From an uncultured Thermoplasmata archaeon (GTDB lineage: Archaea; Thermoplasmatota; Thermoplasmata; RBG-16-68-12): a stretch of 64,000 nt of DNA. The notes under the pieces were generated by a model that was not told the origin of the DNA, made no database searches, and worked only from the letters and a program-made list of their open reading frames with translations. The position numbers and the translations under genes were made by a program. Below are positions 18,877 to 28,265 of the stretch, one piece after another. Where the stretch lies: assembly GCA_963768855.1 (NCBI GenBank), contig CAVYJM010000012.1, positions 1 to 64,000 on the forward strand, given 5' to 3'. Within the stretch, counting starts at the first letter, position 1; each line of letters opens with the position of its first letter.

Positions 18877-19693
18877 TCAGCTCGCGTACGCGGCCAGCAC
18901 GCCGCTCAGGAACGCCAGGGACTCCGCCGTGTCGACCCGGTAGTTGTTGTTCGTCGACTTGCACTGGGCGTCGCCCCAGGACGTGACCGCGACGATGTAC
19001 TCGTGCCCGTGACCGTCCGCGTAGATCGTGGGTCCGCCCGAGTCACCATAGCAGGTCCCGGCGCTGCCGGCCTTCATGTTCTGGGACATGTAGAGCCAGG
19101 CGCTGTGGAGGTTCTTGAACAGGGAGAGGGAGTACTCGCGGACGTTCGTGTCCTGGAAGTTCTGGTCCGTCCCGTATCCGACGTTCAGGAACGTCGTGGT
19201 CATCGGCACGAGCTTGCCCTGCGCCGCAAGTCCGTCCAGGTATCCCGCGGTCGGCACGAGCGCGCCGAACCCGAGGTCCGTGACCGGGTCCTTCAGGATG
19301 ACGACCCCGACGTCATGCGGGTCGGACATCGGCCCCCACCAGTACGCAGGGTTCGTGATCCAAAGCTGCGACATCGTGCCACGTCGACGTGTCGAGGACG
19401 TTGGGTCCGAAACTGATGTGCACGTCCTGCGGCCCGTTCACGTAGGCCGCGATGTCGACCGTGCAGTGGCCCGCGGTCAGGAAGACCCGCGGCGCGATGA
19501 GCGTGCCCGAGCACCACTCCGAGGTCCATCCGTAGATCGATTGCACGACCATCGCACCGACGAACGGGTGCGCCGTGTCCGGCGCCCCATAGGTGATGGC
19601 CTGCGCCGGCATGACCGCCACCATCAAGCCCACGACGAACAGGAGCCCGGCGAGATGGCGGGCTACCCGACGAGAGGATCGCTTCGAGAACAT
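18877..19693 (-). CDS. secreted S1 (trypsin/chymotrypsin-fold) serine protease, frameshifted at ~19362-19364
   Basis: Signal peptide, WCSGTLIAPRVFLTAGHC (His), DPHDVGVV (Asp), TCYGDSGGP (Ser); removing one T from GCTTTGG joins track ORFs 19313-19693 and 18877-19374 into 271 aa. Confidence 0.85.
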
Positions 19694-19811
19694 GTCCCTC
19701 CTCCTCGGCTCACGAGCGGGAGCGGGCCGCTAAAGCGTTCCGTATCGACTGTAACGTCTTGCGCCGCGGCCCCGCGGGACGGTTACCATGTTAACCCGCC
19801 CGACGAACGTC

Positions 19812-20456
19812 TCATTCGAAGGTCCAGTGGTCCCGCTCCCGTAGCAGCTCCCGCAGCAGGCGGACGGCCCGGGCGCGGTCGATGCGGAAGAAAAAGGCGC
19901 CCAGATGCTTGCAGAAGAGCCGCGCCTTCGCGCGGTTCGTGCGGAAGTCCACGCAGTCGTGCTCGACCCGACGCTCCTGGGTGTCCACCCGGACCGAGTA
20001 CTCCTTGACCGTCCCGGAGAGGAGGGTGGCGGTCGCTTTGTCCACGGAGACAAGCTTGGGATCGATCCCCTTCGCGGACGCGAGGCGGTTCGTGCCGAGC
20101 ACCACGAGGAGGAGCTCGTCGAGGCTCATCGCGTCAATGTCCTTGTTCAGCGGGACGTCGGCCTGGATCGTCCCCGCCTCCTCCGTAATCTCCCCGCCCT
20201 TCACTTGGATCGCGACCCCGAATTTCTCGAGGGCCTCGTTGATGCGCTTGTCGATGAACGCCTGTTCCTCGGGGGAGTACTTCGCCCGGTTCGCCTCCTT
20301 GTTGAAGTACCGCCGCGCCGCGCGCGCGTGGAACGGCGTATGGACTGGATACTTCCAGTTCGCTGGATCCGCGTACTTCTCCGGGTCCTTCGGATAGCCT
20401 TCCGGCGGCCCCGCCCGACCGTCGCGCTTGCGGGTAGGCTTGACCGCGCGGACCAT
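19812..20456 (-). CDS. DUF6582-like domain fused to a SWIM-like zinc finger
   Basis: N-terminal YADPANWKYPVHTPFHARAARRYFNK...YSPEEQAFIDKRINEALEKFGV; C-terminal HDCVDF...FCKHL; start ATG 20456. Confidence 0.6.
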   Translation of the reverse strand: MVRAVKPTRKRDGRAGPPEGYPKDPEKYADPANWKYPVHTPFHARAARRYFNKEANRAKYSPEEQAFIDKRINEALEKFGVAIQVKGGEITEEAGTIQADVPLNKDIDAMSLDELLLVVLGTNRLASAKGIDPKLVSVDKATATLLSGTVKEYSVRVDTQERRVEHDCVDFRTNRAKARLFCKHLGAFFFRIDRARAVRLLRELLRERDHWTFE

Positions 20457-20568
20457 GAGAAAGGGAATGCGAGGTCGGGCGATAAAGGCCATGTGCGAGC
20501 GAAGGCCGTGCCGCGTGCGGCCCCAACACCGTGCCGACCCCGGCCCCCGCTCCCCCGGAATCGCGCGA

Positions 20569-21663
20569 CTAGGTCCGTCCGCGGACCCGGCCGAATCCAT
20601 ACGCGACGAGCGCGGCCAGGAGCGCGATGAACAGGAACGTCGCGACAACGACCACGTTGGCCTGGGATTCGGTGTAGGTCGGCGGGGGAGGCGCCGCGGG
20701 CGGGGGCACCGTGAGCGTGCGGAAGGAGATCCCGGGCGAGACCGTTTCCTGCCCGGAGGCGTCCACCGCGATGACCCACGCGGTGTAGTCGGTTGCGGGA
20801 CGGAGCGCGACGTTCAAGGCGTTCGCACCTGGGTCCTCGATCCGGTACGACACGTTCGTCGCCTGATCCACAATCCATAGCTCCAGATGGTCGACGTCGG
20901 AGTCGACGGTCCCGGTCCAGTTGAGCGAGGCGCCCCCATAGGTGATGGATGTGGCGGGGCCGAGGACGAGCGCGTGCGGGAGCAGATCGACGGAGACCGG
21001 CGTGACGAGGGACTGCGCCCCCGTGTATCGGCCGAAGTCCGCGAGATCCGTGTGGCCGGCTTGCACGCCGGCCACCCAGACCGTGAGGCCGAGGGCGAGG
21101 GAGTAGGTGAAGTTGGTCTCCAGATCGGTGGTCACCACGCCGCCGTAGCCATGCGCCGCCTGCACGACAAGACGCTGCGCGCCCCAGGATCCCCAGTAGA
21201 CGTCGGGCTGCTGCACGGCCGCGACCGCGCTGCTCCCTATCGTCGAGGTGGAGTTCAGCGCGGTCTGCAGGTCCAGGCTCACGTCGACAATTCCGAAGGA
21301 GAATGTGGTCAGGCCAGGGATGTAGAACGAGTCCCGCCCGACCGGCGTCGTCGTGATCGTCGGGATCCCCACCTCCACGCCGAACAAGATGAGGACCATC
21401 GAGCAGTTCCCCGGCGCGGCCGCAACGGTCGTGCGCACGGTCGCGTTGTCCTGGAGCGCCAACGGTTCGCCGGAGGCCACCACGTCGCAGGATGCACGGA
21501 AGGCGGCGACCCCGGGGATCAGGTTCTGGCCCGGGACCTCGAAGTGGATCGTCTGGTTGACGAGCGGCGGGAGGCCGGCCGAGGCCGGGGTCGGCAGGAT
21601 GAACAGGGCGGCAAGCAGCGCGACGAAGGCGAGGGCTTTCGTCGGAATCCCTCCGGGCGCCAT
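20569..21663 (-). CDS. secreted membrane-anchored protein with a fibronectin type III-like domain
   Basis: Signal peptide, beta-rich body, FN3-like LNW...LRPATDYTAWVIAVDASG, Pro linker, C-terminal TM. Confidence 0.7.
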   Translation of the reverse strand: MAPGGIPTKALAFVALLAALFILPTPASAGLPPLVNQTIHFEVPGQNLIPGVAAFRASCDVVASGEPLALQDNATVRTTVAAAPGNCSMVLILFGVEVGIPTITTTPVGRDSFYIPGLTTFSFGIVDVSLDLQTALNSTSTIGSSAVAAVQQPDVYWGSWGAQRLVVQAAHGYGGVVTTDLETNFTYSLALGLTVWVAGVQAGHTDLADFGRYTGAQSLVTPVSVDLLPHALVLGPATSITYGGASLNWTGTVDSDVDHLELWIVDQATNVSYRIEDPGANALNVALRPATDYTAWVIAVDASGQETVSPGISFRTLTVPPPAAPPPPTYTESQANVVVVATFLFIALLAALVAYGFGRVRGRT

Positions 21664-21704
21664 GAGCGTCCCGGGATGATATCAAACGTGCGTAGGGATT
21701 CCCA

Positions 21705-22526
21705 TTACCGCCCGACCTCGCGCACGGGGACAGAGGGCGCCACGGCCTCCCACATCTCCTTGCGCGTGTCGCGGAGCGTCGGCCGAAACGTCCTCGCCGT
21801 CTTCGTGTCCCGCAGGTCGACGTCGGCCACGACGGTCCCTTCCTTGAAATCCGCCGCCTTGCCGAGGTCCTCGCCCCGCGGTCCGATCGCCTGCGTCCCT
21901 CCCTGGAAGACGATGTTCAGCTCGGTGCCCACGAGGTTCGCGTACAGCACGTGGATCGCGTTCTCAATCGCCCGGGCGGGGAGGATGCGGTCGAAGAACG
22001 GCTTCGACGTCGCGGGGGACGCGGAGATGATTGCGAGGAGGTCGGCGCCCTGGAGGGCGTACGCCTTCGCGAGCTCGGGGAAGAAGGTGTCGTAGCAGAT
22101 CAGGAGACCGATCTTGCCAAGCTTCGTGTCGACCAGGGTCAGCGCGTCCCCACGGCCGAAGTACAGACCCTCCTCAAAGGGCCCGAAGTTCGCCGGGTAG
22201 ATCTTGCGGTACGCGACTGCGCGGCCGTCCGGGGTCACGAGCACGGAGGAGTTGAACAGGCGCCGCGTCCCGGCCTCCCGCTCCGGCATGCCGAAGACGA
22301 TATGCGCGTCGTGGTCATGGGCGATCTTGCACGCGGCCTTGACGGACGGTCCATCCAGGGGCTCGGCGAGCTGCGCGAACGCGTCGCGGGCCATGTATCC
22401 GCTGAGGAAGAGCTCTCCCGCGAGGACAAGGTCGGCCTCCGACTTCGCGACGACCCGTTCGAGCTTCCGGAGGTTCTTCTCTTTCTGCTGGAGGGCGGGA
22501 GAGAGCTGGGCCAAGGCAGCCTTCAT
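21705..22526 (-). CDS. carbon-nitrogen hydrolase (nitrilase superfamily)
   Basis: MKAALAQ, ADLVLAGELFLSGY (Glu), YRKIY (Lys), GLLICYDTFFPE (Cys): catalytic triad present. Confidence 0.9.
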   Translation of the reverse strand: MKAALAQLSPALQQKEKNLRKLERVVAKSEADLVLAGELFLSGYMARDAFAQLAEPLDGPSVKAACKIAHDHDAHIVFGMPEREAGTRRLFNSSVLVTPDGRAVAYRKIYPANFGPFEEGLYFGRGDALTLVDTKLGKIGLLICYDTFFPELAKAYALQGADLLAIISASPATSKPFFDRILPARAIENAIHVLYANLVGTELNIVFQGGTQAIGPRGEDLGKAADFKEGTVVADVDLRDTKTARTFRPTLRDTRKEMWEAVAPSVPVREVGR

Positions 22527-22855
22527 CCGTTCTCCTCCGCCGCCTTGCGCTTCGCGACCTCGGCGAGCACCCGCTTCCGGGTCTGCGCGAGCCCCCAGTT
22601 GCCGAGGGCCAGCGAGACGATGAGCACCACGAAGAAGATCGTGGCGCGAACGAGCGTGTCCGTGATCGGTCCCCAGATGAACACGATTGCGGCCGCGAAC
22701 AGGATGATCCCGCTGAGGTAACTCTGCCACGGACGGCGGTGCCGCATGCGTTCGGCTGGACTGCCGCAACTCGTGCAGATGTCCCGCTCCCCGAACACGT
22801 TCGTGGAGACCGCGCCGCACGTCGGGCAGTAGACGATTCGCACGACGCGGGCCAC
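22523..22855 (-). CDS. zinc-ribbon plus 2-TM small membrane protein
   Basis: YCPTCG...ICTSCG followed by two TM helices; overlaps nitrilase start by 4 nt; GTG start inferred. Confidence 0.7.
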   Translation of the reverse strand: MARVVRIVYCPTCGAVSTNVFGERDICTSCGSPAERMRHRRPWQSYLSGIILFAAAIVFIWGPITDTLVRATIFFVVLIVSLALGNWGLAQTRKRVLAEVAKRKAAEENG

Positions 22856-22947
22856 GGTCCGCGAGGATGAAAAACCTTCGCCCCGGACGCCTCCCGGTCC
22901 GAGCCCTCGCAACCTTTATGTCGCACGTGCCCTTAGCGCGGTTCCGC

Positions 22948-23020
22948 GCTCCGGTAGTCTAGTGGCCAAGGATAGAAGCCTCTCGAGCTTCTGACACGGG
23001 TTCAAATCCCGTCCGGAGCA
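22948..23020 (+). tRNA. tRNA-Glu (CTC)
   Basis: Acceptor GCTCCGG/CCGGAGC+A, anticodon arm AGAAG-CCTCTCGAG-CTTCT with CTC anticodon, T-arm ACGGG-TTCAAAT-CCCGT; CTTTATG box upstream; no CCA. Confidence 0.96.
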
Positions 23021-23092
23021 TCCCTCGCCCCAGTTCTGACGTTTCGGTGCACCGAAAGGCCAAATAAGACCGGATGTGTAGGCCTCGGGTCC

Positions 23093-23866
23093 ATGTCGAT
23101 GCGGACATGCCCGGAGTGCGGCTCGAGCGTCAAGCTCGAGAACATGAAGAAGCACTTCGCGAACGTCCATCCGGGTAAGGACGCATCGGCGGCGATTTCC
23201 GAGGAGGAACATCGCGAGATCCGCCGCACCACCCGTCCGAGCCGTCCGGCGTTCTACACCCGGCGTTACTTCCAAATCGGCGTGGTCCTCGTCGTCCTGG
23301 CCGCGGTCGGTTATGTGGGCCTGCCGTACATCCTCGGGTCGCACCCAGGCTCGAGCTTTGATATCGTCGGATACTGCGGCAGCGAGGGGTCCGTCGAGCA
23401 TTACCACCCGCTTCTCGTGATCAACGTCGCGGGTGTGCAGAAGCTGGTACCAGCGGACATCGGCCTTACGGCTTCGGAGACGAATCCGTCCTACGCGTGC
23501 GCCAGCGGCGGCCACGCGCTGCACACCCACGATGGCTCGGGCATCATCCACGTGGAGCTGCCCGTGGTGCCCTCGCCCTCTCCCACTCTCGGGAATTTCT
23601 TCACGATCTGGGGCCAGCCGTTGAGCTCATCCTCGGTGTGGTCCTACCCCGGACACGTGACGGCCACGGTGTACGACAGCGACACCCATTCCACGTCGGA
23701 TTTCTCCTCCAACCCGCCTGGGATTCCCCTCTACGAGCCCGCGGGCGGACCGACCGCGAACCTCTACCCGATTCCGCAGTACCTAATCTGGAACGGCGCG
23801 AATGGCGACGGTCAGTCAGGCGGCACGTTCTCCGGCGAGATCATCTGGCTGAACGTGACGGCCTGA
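23093..23866 (+). CDS. C2H2 zinc finger + TM + His-rich extracytoplasmic domain protein
   Basis: CPECG...KKHFANVH, one TM, then EHYHPLL...VPADIG...LHTHDGSGIIHVE...TLGNFFTIWG. Confidence 0.7.
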   Translation: MSMRTCPECGSSVKLENMKKHFANVHPGKDASAAISEEEHREIRRTTRPSRPAFYTRRYFQIGVVLVVLAAVGYVGLPYILGSHPGSSFDIVGYCGSEGSVEHYHPLLVINVAGVQKLVPADIGLTASETNPSYACASGGHALHTHDGSGIIHVELPVVPSPSPTLGNFFTIWGQPLSSSSVWSYPGHVTATVYDSDTHSTSDFSSNPPGIPLYEPAGGPTANLYPIPQYLIWNGANGDGQSGGTFSGEIIWLNVTA

Positions 23867-23899
23867 ACGCGCGCGGTCGGCGGGGCGTACCCTGACAGC

Positions 23900-26800
23900 G
23901 TGAAAAGGCTAAAGCGCGTCCCCCTCTTACCCGCGCCCGCAGGAGGGCGGAATCTGGAGGGACGGGACCGTTCGGGGCGGCGCCTCGCGATTCTCGCCCG
24001 GTGGCCCGCCGAAACGCTCGCGCCCCTCATCGTGGTCGCGCTGCTCCTGACCGTCGGGATCGCGAACCTGCTGTGGGATGCGGGGGTGCCCTCCGCCGCC
24101 AGCCCGGATCGATTGTCCCCGGGGACCGATCCCTTTCCGGTGATTCCCCCCTCGCCTACCTTGCACGTCCTCCCCGTTCCTTCGACGACGAACGCGTCGA
24201 CGCGACTCACCCTCCTCTCAATCCAAGGTCTCGCGAACCGCGAGGGCGCGCAGCTCTACCTCGACGTCGACAACGAGACGGGGAATGCATCCTCGATGCT
24301 CTCGTTCCTGGTCGCACACTACGGCGTCTCGATCGACCTCGTCACGCAAGACTGGGTATACGCCCACTATCTGCCTTCCCGGAGCGGGATCGTCATCGTC
24401 GATCCCGCCCGCCCGGAGTCCGTGAACATCGCGACGATGGTCGCGAGCCTCCAAGACGCGGTGATCGCGGCGCCGGACACCGCCGCCTCCCTCGAGGGTA
24501 CGTACGGCCTCCGCGTCGTGCTCGACTACGCGTCGAGCAACTGGACCGCGACGGATTCGGTCGGCGCATACGACCGCGCGCTCGGCGAGCTGTACCCGCG
24601 CATGGACCCGAACCTCCTAGCAATCCTGCCGCCGAACCATCTGCCCCTCCGGGACTACCTGATCGCCTCGCGCACCTTCGTGTTCTATGAACCGCAGGGC
24701 GTCCTCGCGGCCCCTGCACAGCTCGCGTCGACCCAGCGCATCCTCGCGGCCGCCCCGCGAGGGATCCCGATCCTCGGCTGGTTCGACAGCCCGACGCTCA
24801 CGGAGGAGAACGCGTTCGTGCAGCTCGCGTCCCATTATGGGAAGCCCATCTTCGGCTCCGAGGACGTCCCGAACCTGAGCGTCCTGACGGCGTTCGGCCG
24901 CAACCAAGTGCGCTCCCAGCCCGCGCCGCCAACGACCCCGCCCCTCGAGAACAAGACCTACGTGGTTGTCGCCGTGCCGGACGGCGACAACCTCGACTTC
25001 ATCGCGCGCCGCATGCCCCAGCTCTGGGCCGAACCTGAGCGCGGCACGTTCCCGATTGCCTGGAGTCTCAGCCCTCTCCTCGCTGACCTGGCGCCGCCCT
25101 ACCTGGACTATTACTACGGGACCGCGACGCCGGACGACCGCTTCGTGCTCGGGCCGAGCGGTGCGGGCTACCTGTACCCCGACTACCTGGGCCCGGGGGA
25201 CCTCGCGCCCTATCTCGAATCCACTGCCCGTTATGCGAACGAGACGGGGATGGACGTCGCGTGGCTGCTGAACGCGTTCGCGGCCTCCGAGATTCCGTAC
25301 GGCCCCGCGACCTTGTCCGCGTACGTCGACGCGCTGCATCCGCGAGGGATCGTCCTCGATTACGACGACCAGGCGAAGACCCAGGAGATGTGGATGCAGG
25401 CCGGGACCGCCGCCGCGGCCCCCGTGATCCGCTCGACGCAGCTGTGGACGACCTTCGACAACTTCTACGCGAAGGTGGGCGCGGCTATGGCGGCATGGGA
25501 CTCCGGGCCCCACTTCCTCTGGGTCACGGTCTACACGTTCCGGTTCGACCTCGCGGACGCGGGCTCGCTGATCCAGGGGCTGACGAACCGCGCCGGTGGC
25601 AACCTCGCGGTCGTCACGCCCGAGCAGATGTTCTCCCTGATGGAGGAGGACTTCCGGGCGCGCGCCGCGGGCCAGCTCGCCTCCCTGCGGGCCGACCCCT
25701 TCGCCGCCACGTTCCTGGCGCCCTCGTTGGCCTCGGCCCAGGCGTGGCTCGACGCTTCGAACCCGCCGGACACGATCGAGCTCCGCGCCTACCATGCGTA
25801 CCTCGCCTCCGTCGACCTTCGTGAAGCCGGGCTGCAGGAAGCGGTCGACGCCTGCGGCTTCGTCCTCGTCCTCGCCGCCTTCGTGTCGCTCGGGCGGCTG
25901 CGCCGTGCGGCTCGTCCTCTCCGCAGCGCGCTCTCGGAAGCGCGGGGGCTTCCCGTCCTCACCGCCGCGTTCGCTCTCTTCCTGTTTGCGGTCCGGGCCG
26001 GTCTCGCGGTGAACTTCTGGAGCTATCAGTGGATCATCGTCGGGGTGGTCCTCGCAGGGGTCGGGAGGCCGTTGCGGCGGTACCTCGATCGCGCCTACCC
26101 GAGGATCTCCACGTTCGCGGTCGTCGGGCTGGACCTCGTCTTCGTCGCGCTGTCCCTGGCCACGAACGTCGCCTTCGCCCTCGCCGCGATCGGCACCGTC
26201 GCAGTGCTCGATGCGGTCCTCTCCCGCGAGCGCGTCCGCCCTGCGGATCTTGTCCTCGCGATTGGCCTCGGGTCCGCGCTCGGCTTCCTGGTCGAGATGA
26301 ATCCGGTCTCGTTCGGTCTTCTGGCGTTGCTCCTGGGGCTCCCCCTCTTCGTGACGCCGATGCATCGGGCCGCGGATGAGGCTCCCCACGGGAAGGGTGC
26401 TTGGGTCGCGGGCCTCATCGCGACGTTGCCGGTGGGGGCGCTGGCGATCGCCTCGAACTTCTCGATCGGGCTCCGCCTGGCTCTGCAGGGGAGCGAACTG
26501 CCGGCCTTTGCGAGCGTCGTCGTGGCGCTCGCGCCTCTTGCGGGGCTCCTTGCTGCGCGGCGGTGGATCGGCCACCGGCCACGGTCCATCCAGGCACTCG
26601 CATTCGCCCTGGCCGCCGGCTTTGCCCTGGCCACGGCCGTCTCGAGCGGAACCCTGGGCACGGCACTGCTGCTCTTCGCAACTACGGCGTCGCTCGCCGT
26701 TGCCGCGGAAGCGAGCCTGCGACTCCGTGCGGAGGGCGGGAACCGCATGGGGGCGGTCGCCGCGACCGTCGTATCCTGGATCCCGCTGCTCCTGCTGTTC

Positions 26801-26956
26801 CTGCGCATGCCCCCTGTGGTGTACTCGCTCTCGGTCATCCGTCTCCCCGAGCCCTTGGAGGCCGTCCTGTATGCGCCGGAGCTCCTCCTCGCCCTCGCTG
26901 CGGCATTGTTGGCGTTGTATCTTGTGGGCACACGGCTCCGCCGTTCGCCCGCATGA
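23900..26956 (+). CDS. GxGYxYP-family putative glycoside hydrolase fused to a multi-pass membrane domain
   Basis: SIQGLANREGAQLY, LRDYLIA, ILGW, DGDNLDF, PIAWSLSP, GPSGAGYLYP; C-terminal third has about 11-13 hydrophobic helices. Confidence 0.78.
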   Translation: MKRLKRVPLLPAPAGGRNLEGRDRSGRRLAILARWPAETLAPLIVVALLLTVGIANLLWDAGVPSAASPDRLSPGTDPFPVIPPSPTLHVLPVPSTTNASTRLTLLSIQGLANREGAQLYLDVDNETGNASSMLSFLVAHYGVSIDLVTQDWVYAHYLPSRSGIVIVDPARPESVNIATMVASLQDAVIAAPDTAASLEGTYGLRVVLDYASSNWTATDSVGAYDRALGELYPRMDPNLLAILPPNHLPLRDYLIASRTFVFYEPQGVLAAPAQLASTQRILAAAPRGIPILGWFDSPTLTEENAFVQLASHYGKPIFGSEDVPNLSVLTAFGRNQVRSQPAPPTTPPLENKTYVVVAVPDGDNLDFIARRMPQLWAEPERGTFPIAWSLSPLLADLAPPYLDYYYGTATPDDRFVLGPSGAGYLYPDYLGPGDLAPYLESTARYANETGMDVAWLLNAFAASEIPYGPATLSAYVDALHPRGIVLDYDDQAKTQEMWMQAGTAAAAPVIRSTQLWTTFDNFYAKVGAAMAAWDSGPHFLWVTVYTFRFDLADAGSLIQGLTNRAGGNLAVVTPEQMFSLMEEDFRARAAGQLASLRADPFAATFLAPSLASAQAWLDASNPPDTIELRAYHAYLASVDLREAGLQEAVDACGFVLVLAAFVSLGRLRRAARPLRSALSEARGLPVLTAAFALFLFAVRAGLAVNFWSYQWIIVGVVLAGVGRPLRRYLDRAYPRISTFAVVGLDLVFVALSLATNVAFALAAIGTVAVLDAVLSRERVRPADLVLAIGLGSALGFLVEMNPVSFGLLALLLGLPLFVTPMHRAADEAPHGKGAWVAGLIATLPVGALAIASNFSIGLRLALQGSELPAFASVVVALAPLAGLLAARRWIGHRPRSIQALAFALAAGFALATAVSSGTLGTALLLFATTASLAVAAEASLRLRAEGGNRMGAVAATVVSWIPLLLLFLRMPPVVYSLSVIRLPEPLEAVLYAPELLLALAAALLALYLVGTRLRRSPA

Positions 26957-27054
26957 CTGCGGATCCCTACCGCTCAGATGCGTGGCGGGCGGCCCTCCTC
27001 GCACGGGACAAAGGTTATCTCGCGAACGCTCCTCTCAGGGGGTGGAAGGTCGCC

Positions 27055-28192
27055 ATGCGGAAGCTCCCCAAGAAGCGGTTCCTCGAGGTCGGCTCCTACA
27101 TCCTGCACAACAAGATGGCGGGCGAGGCGATCTATCCGTTCTACGCGTCCTTCAAGCTGACGCGCCGCTGCAACTTCACGTGCTCGTTCTGCAACTGCTG
27201 GCACGTGAAGAACCGCTGGGTCGACATGCCGACCGAGGACGTCAAGAAGATCCTCGACAACCTCGCTCGTTCCTCCGTGATCATGACGAGCTTCGAGGGC
27301 GGCGATCCGCTGGTGCGGGACGACATCCTCGAACTCCTGAAGTACCAGTGGGAGAAGCCCTACTACCTCCTGTTCACGACGAGCGAGCGCGACCTGCCGC
27401 ACCGCTATCCCATGGCGGAGTATGCGAAGTACATCGACTTCCTGCACATCTCGATCGACGAGGGCCACAAGAACCTCGACATGTTCGACGAGCTCGAGGA
27501 GTACACGAAGTGGGGCTCCGTCGTCACGATCCAGATCGTCGTCACGAAGAACGACGTCGGGGCCCTCGAGACGAAGATCAAGCGCTGCTACGACGCGGGC
27601 GTGAAGGCCGTCGTCATGTGCGCGGTCCACCTGAAGAACACGAAGGACCACCTGCCCGACCTGATGACGATGTCGAGCAAGGGCCTCGAGCTCCGCAAGA
27701 AGTACCCGGGGGTCATCATCTCCCCGAAGGGCTACTTCAAGGGGATCCTCAAGGACCACGGCTGCGACACGTCCTCGATCATCGTCGACGCGGACGGCTT
27801 CCTCTGGTATCCCTGCCGGGTCCTCGAGGAGAAGACGATCAACCTGATCGACTCCGACCTGCTGACCTATATCGAGTCGCCCGACGCGGAGGAGCGTCGT
27901 GCCCGCATGGCCGCGTGCGATCTGCAGTGCGCGTGGTACCAGTACTACGCCACGCAGAGCTTCGTGAACCCGCGGGAGCTTCTCTCCGCCTGGGCGCCAT
28001 ACTACCGCGACCTGATCAACGGCGGGAGGCAGCCGATCGCCCTGGTCCCCTCCATGCCCACCCTGGGCCCGACGGAACCGGAGCCACCAGGCGATCCTCC
28101 AGGAGTCCGCGATGAAGGGAACGCTGGACGACTCGGATCCGACGGGGCAGTTCGTGCCGGTCGACTCCCTGGAGCCTTCGGCGAAGCGCTGA
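27055..28192 (+). CDS. radical SAM protein with C-terminal Cys cluster (twitch/SPASM-like); probable frameshift at ~28065-28080
   Basis: LTRRCNFTCSFC (CxxxCxxC), SFEGGDPL, ISID, WYPC and CDLQC; the +1 frame after ~28070 has genome-like codons (HQAILQESAMKG...) and stops at 28192, freeing the next gene's TATA. Confidence 0.8.
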
Positions 28193-28265
28193 AGAACGCC
28201 GGCACTTTCACGCATCCTCCCCGCGCTGTTAAGGGACCGCCCCCGATGCCCCACCCGGTGGCTCC

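Noticed and set aside
18877-19693. Frameshifted genes as pseudogenes or programmed frameshifts
   Set aside because: The same defect occurs in essential atpA, no other decay is seen, and no slippery heptamer plus structure is evident; sequencing error is more parsimonious.
13276-23020. Integrated element between or next to tRNA-Gly and tRNA-Glu
   Set aside because: No integrase or transposase, no duplicated tRNA 3' end seen, and composition looks like the rest of the window.
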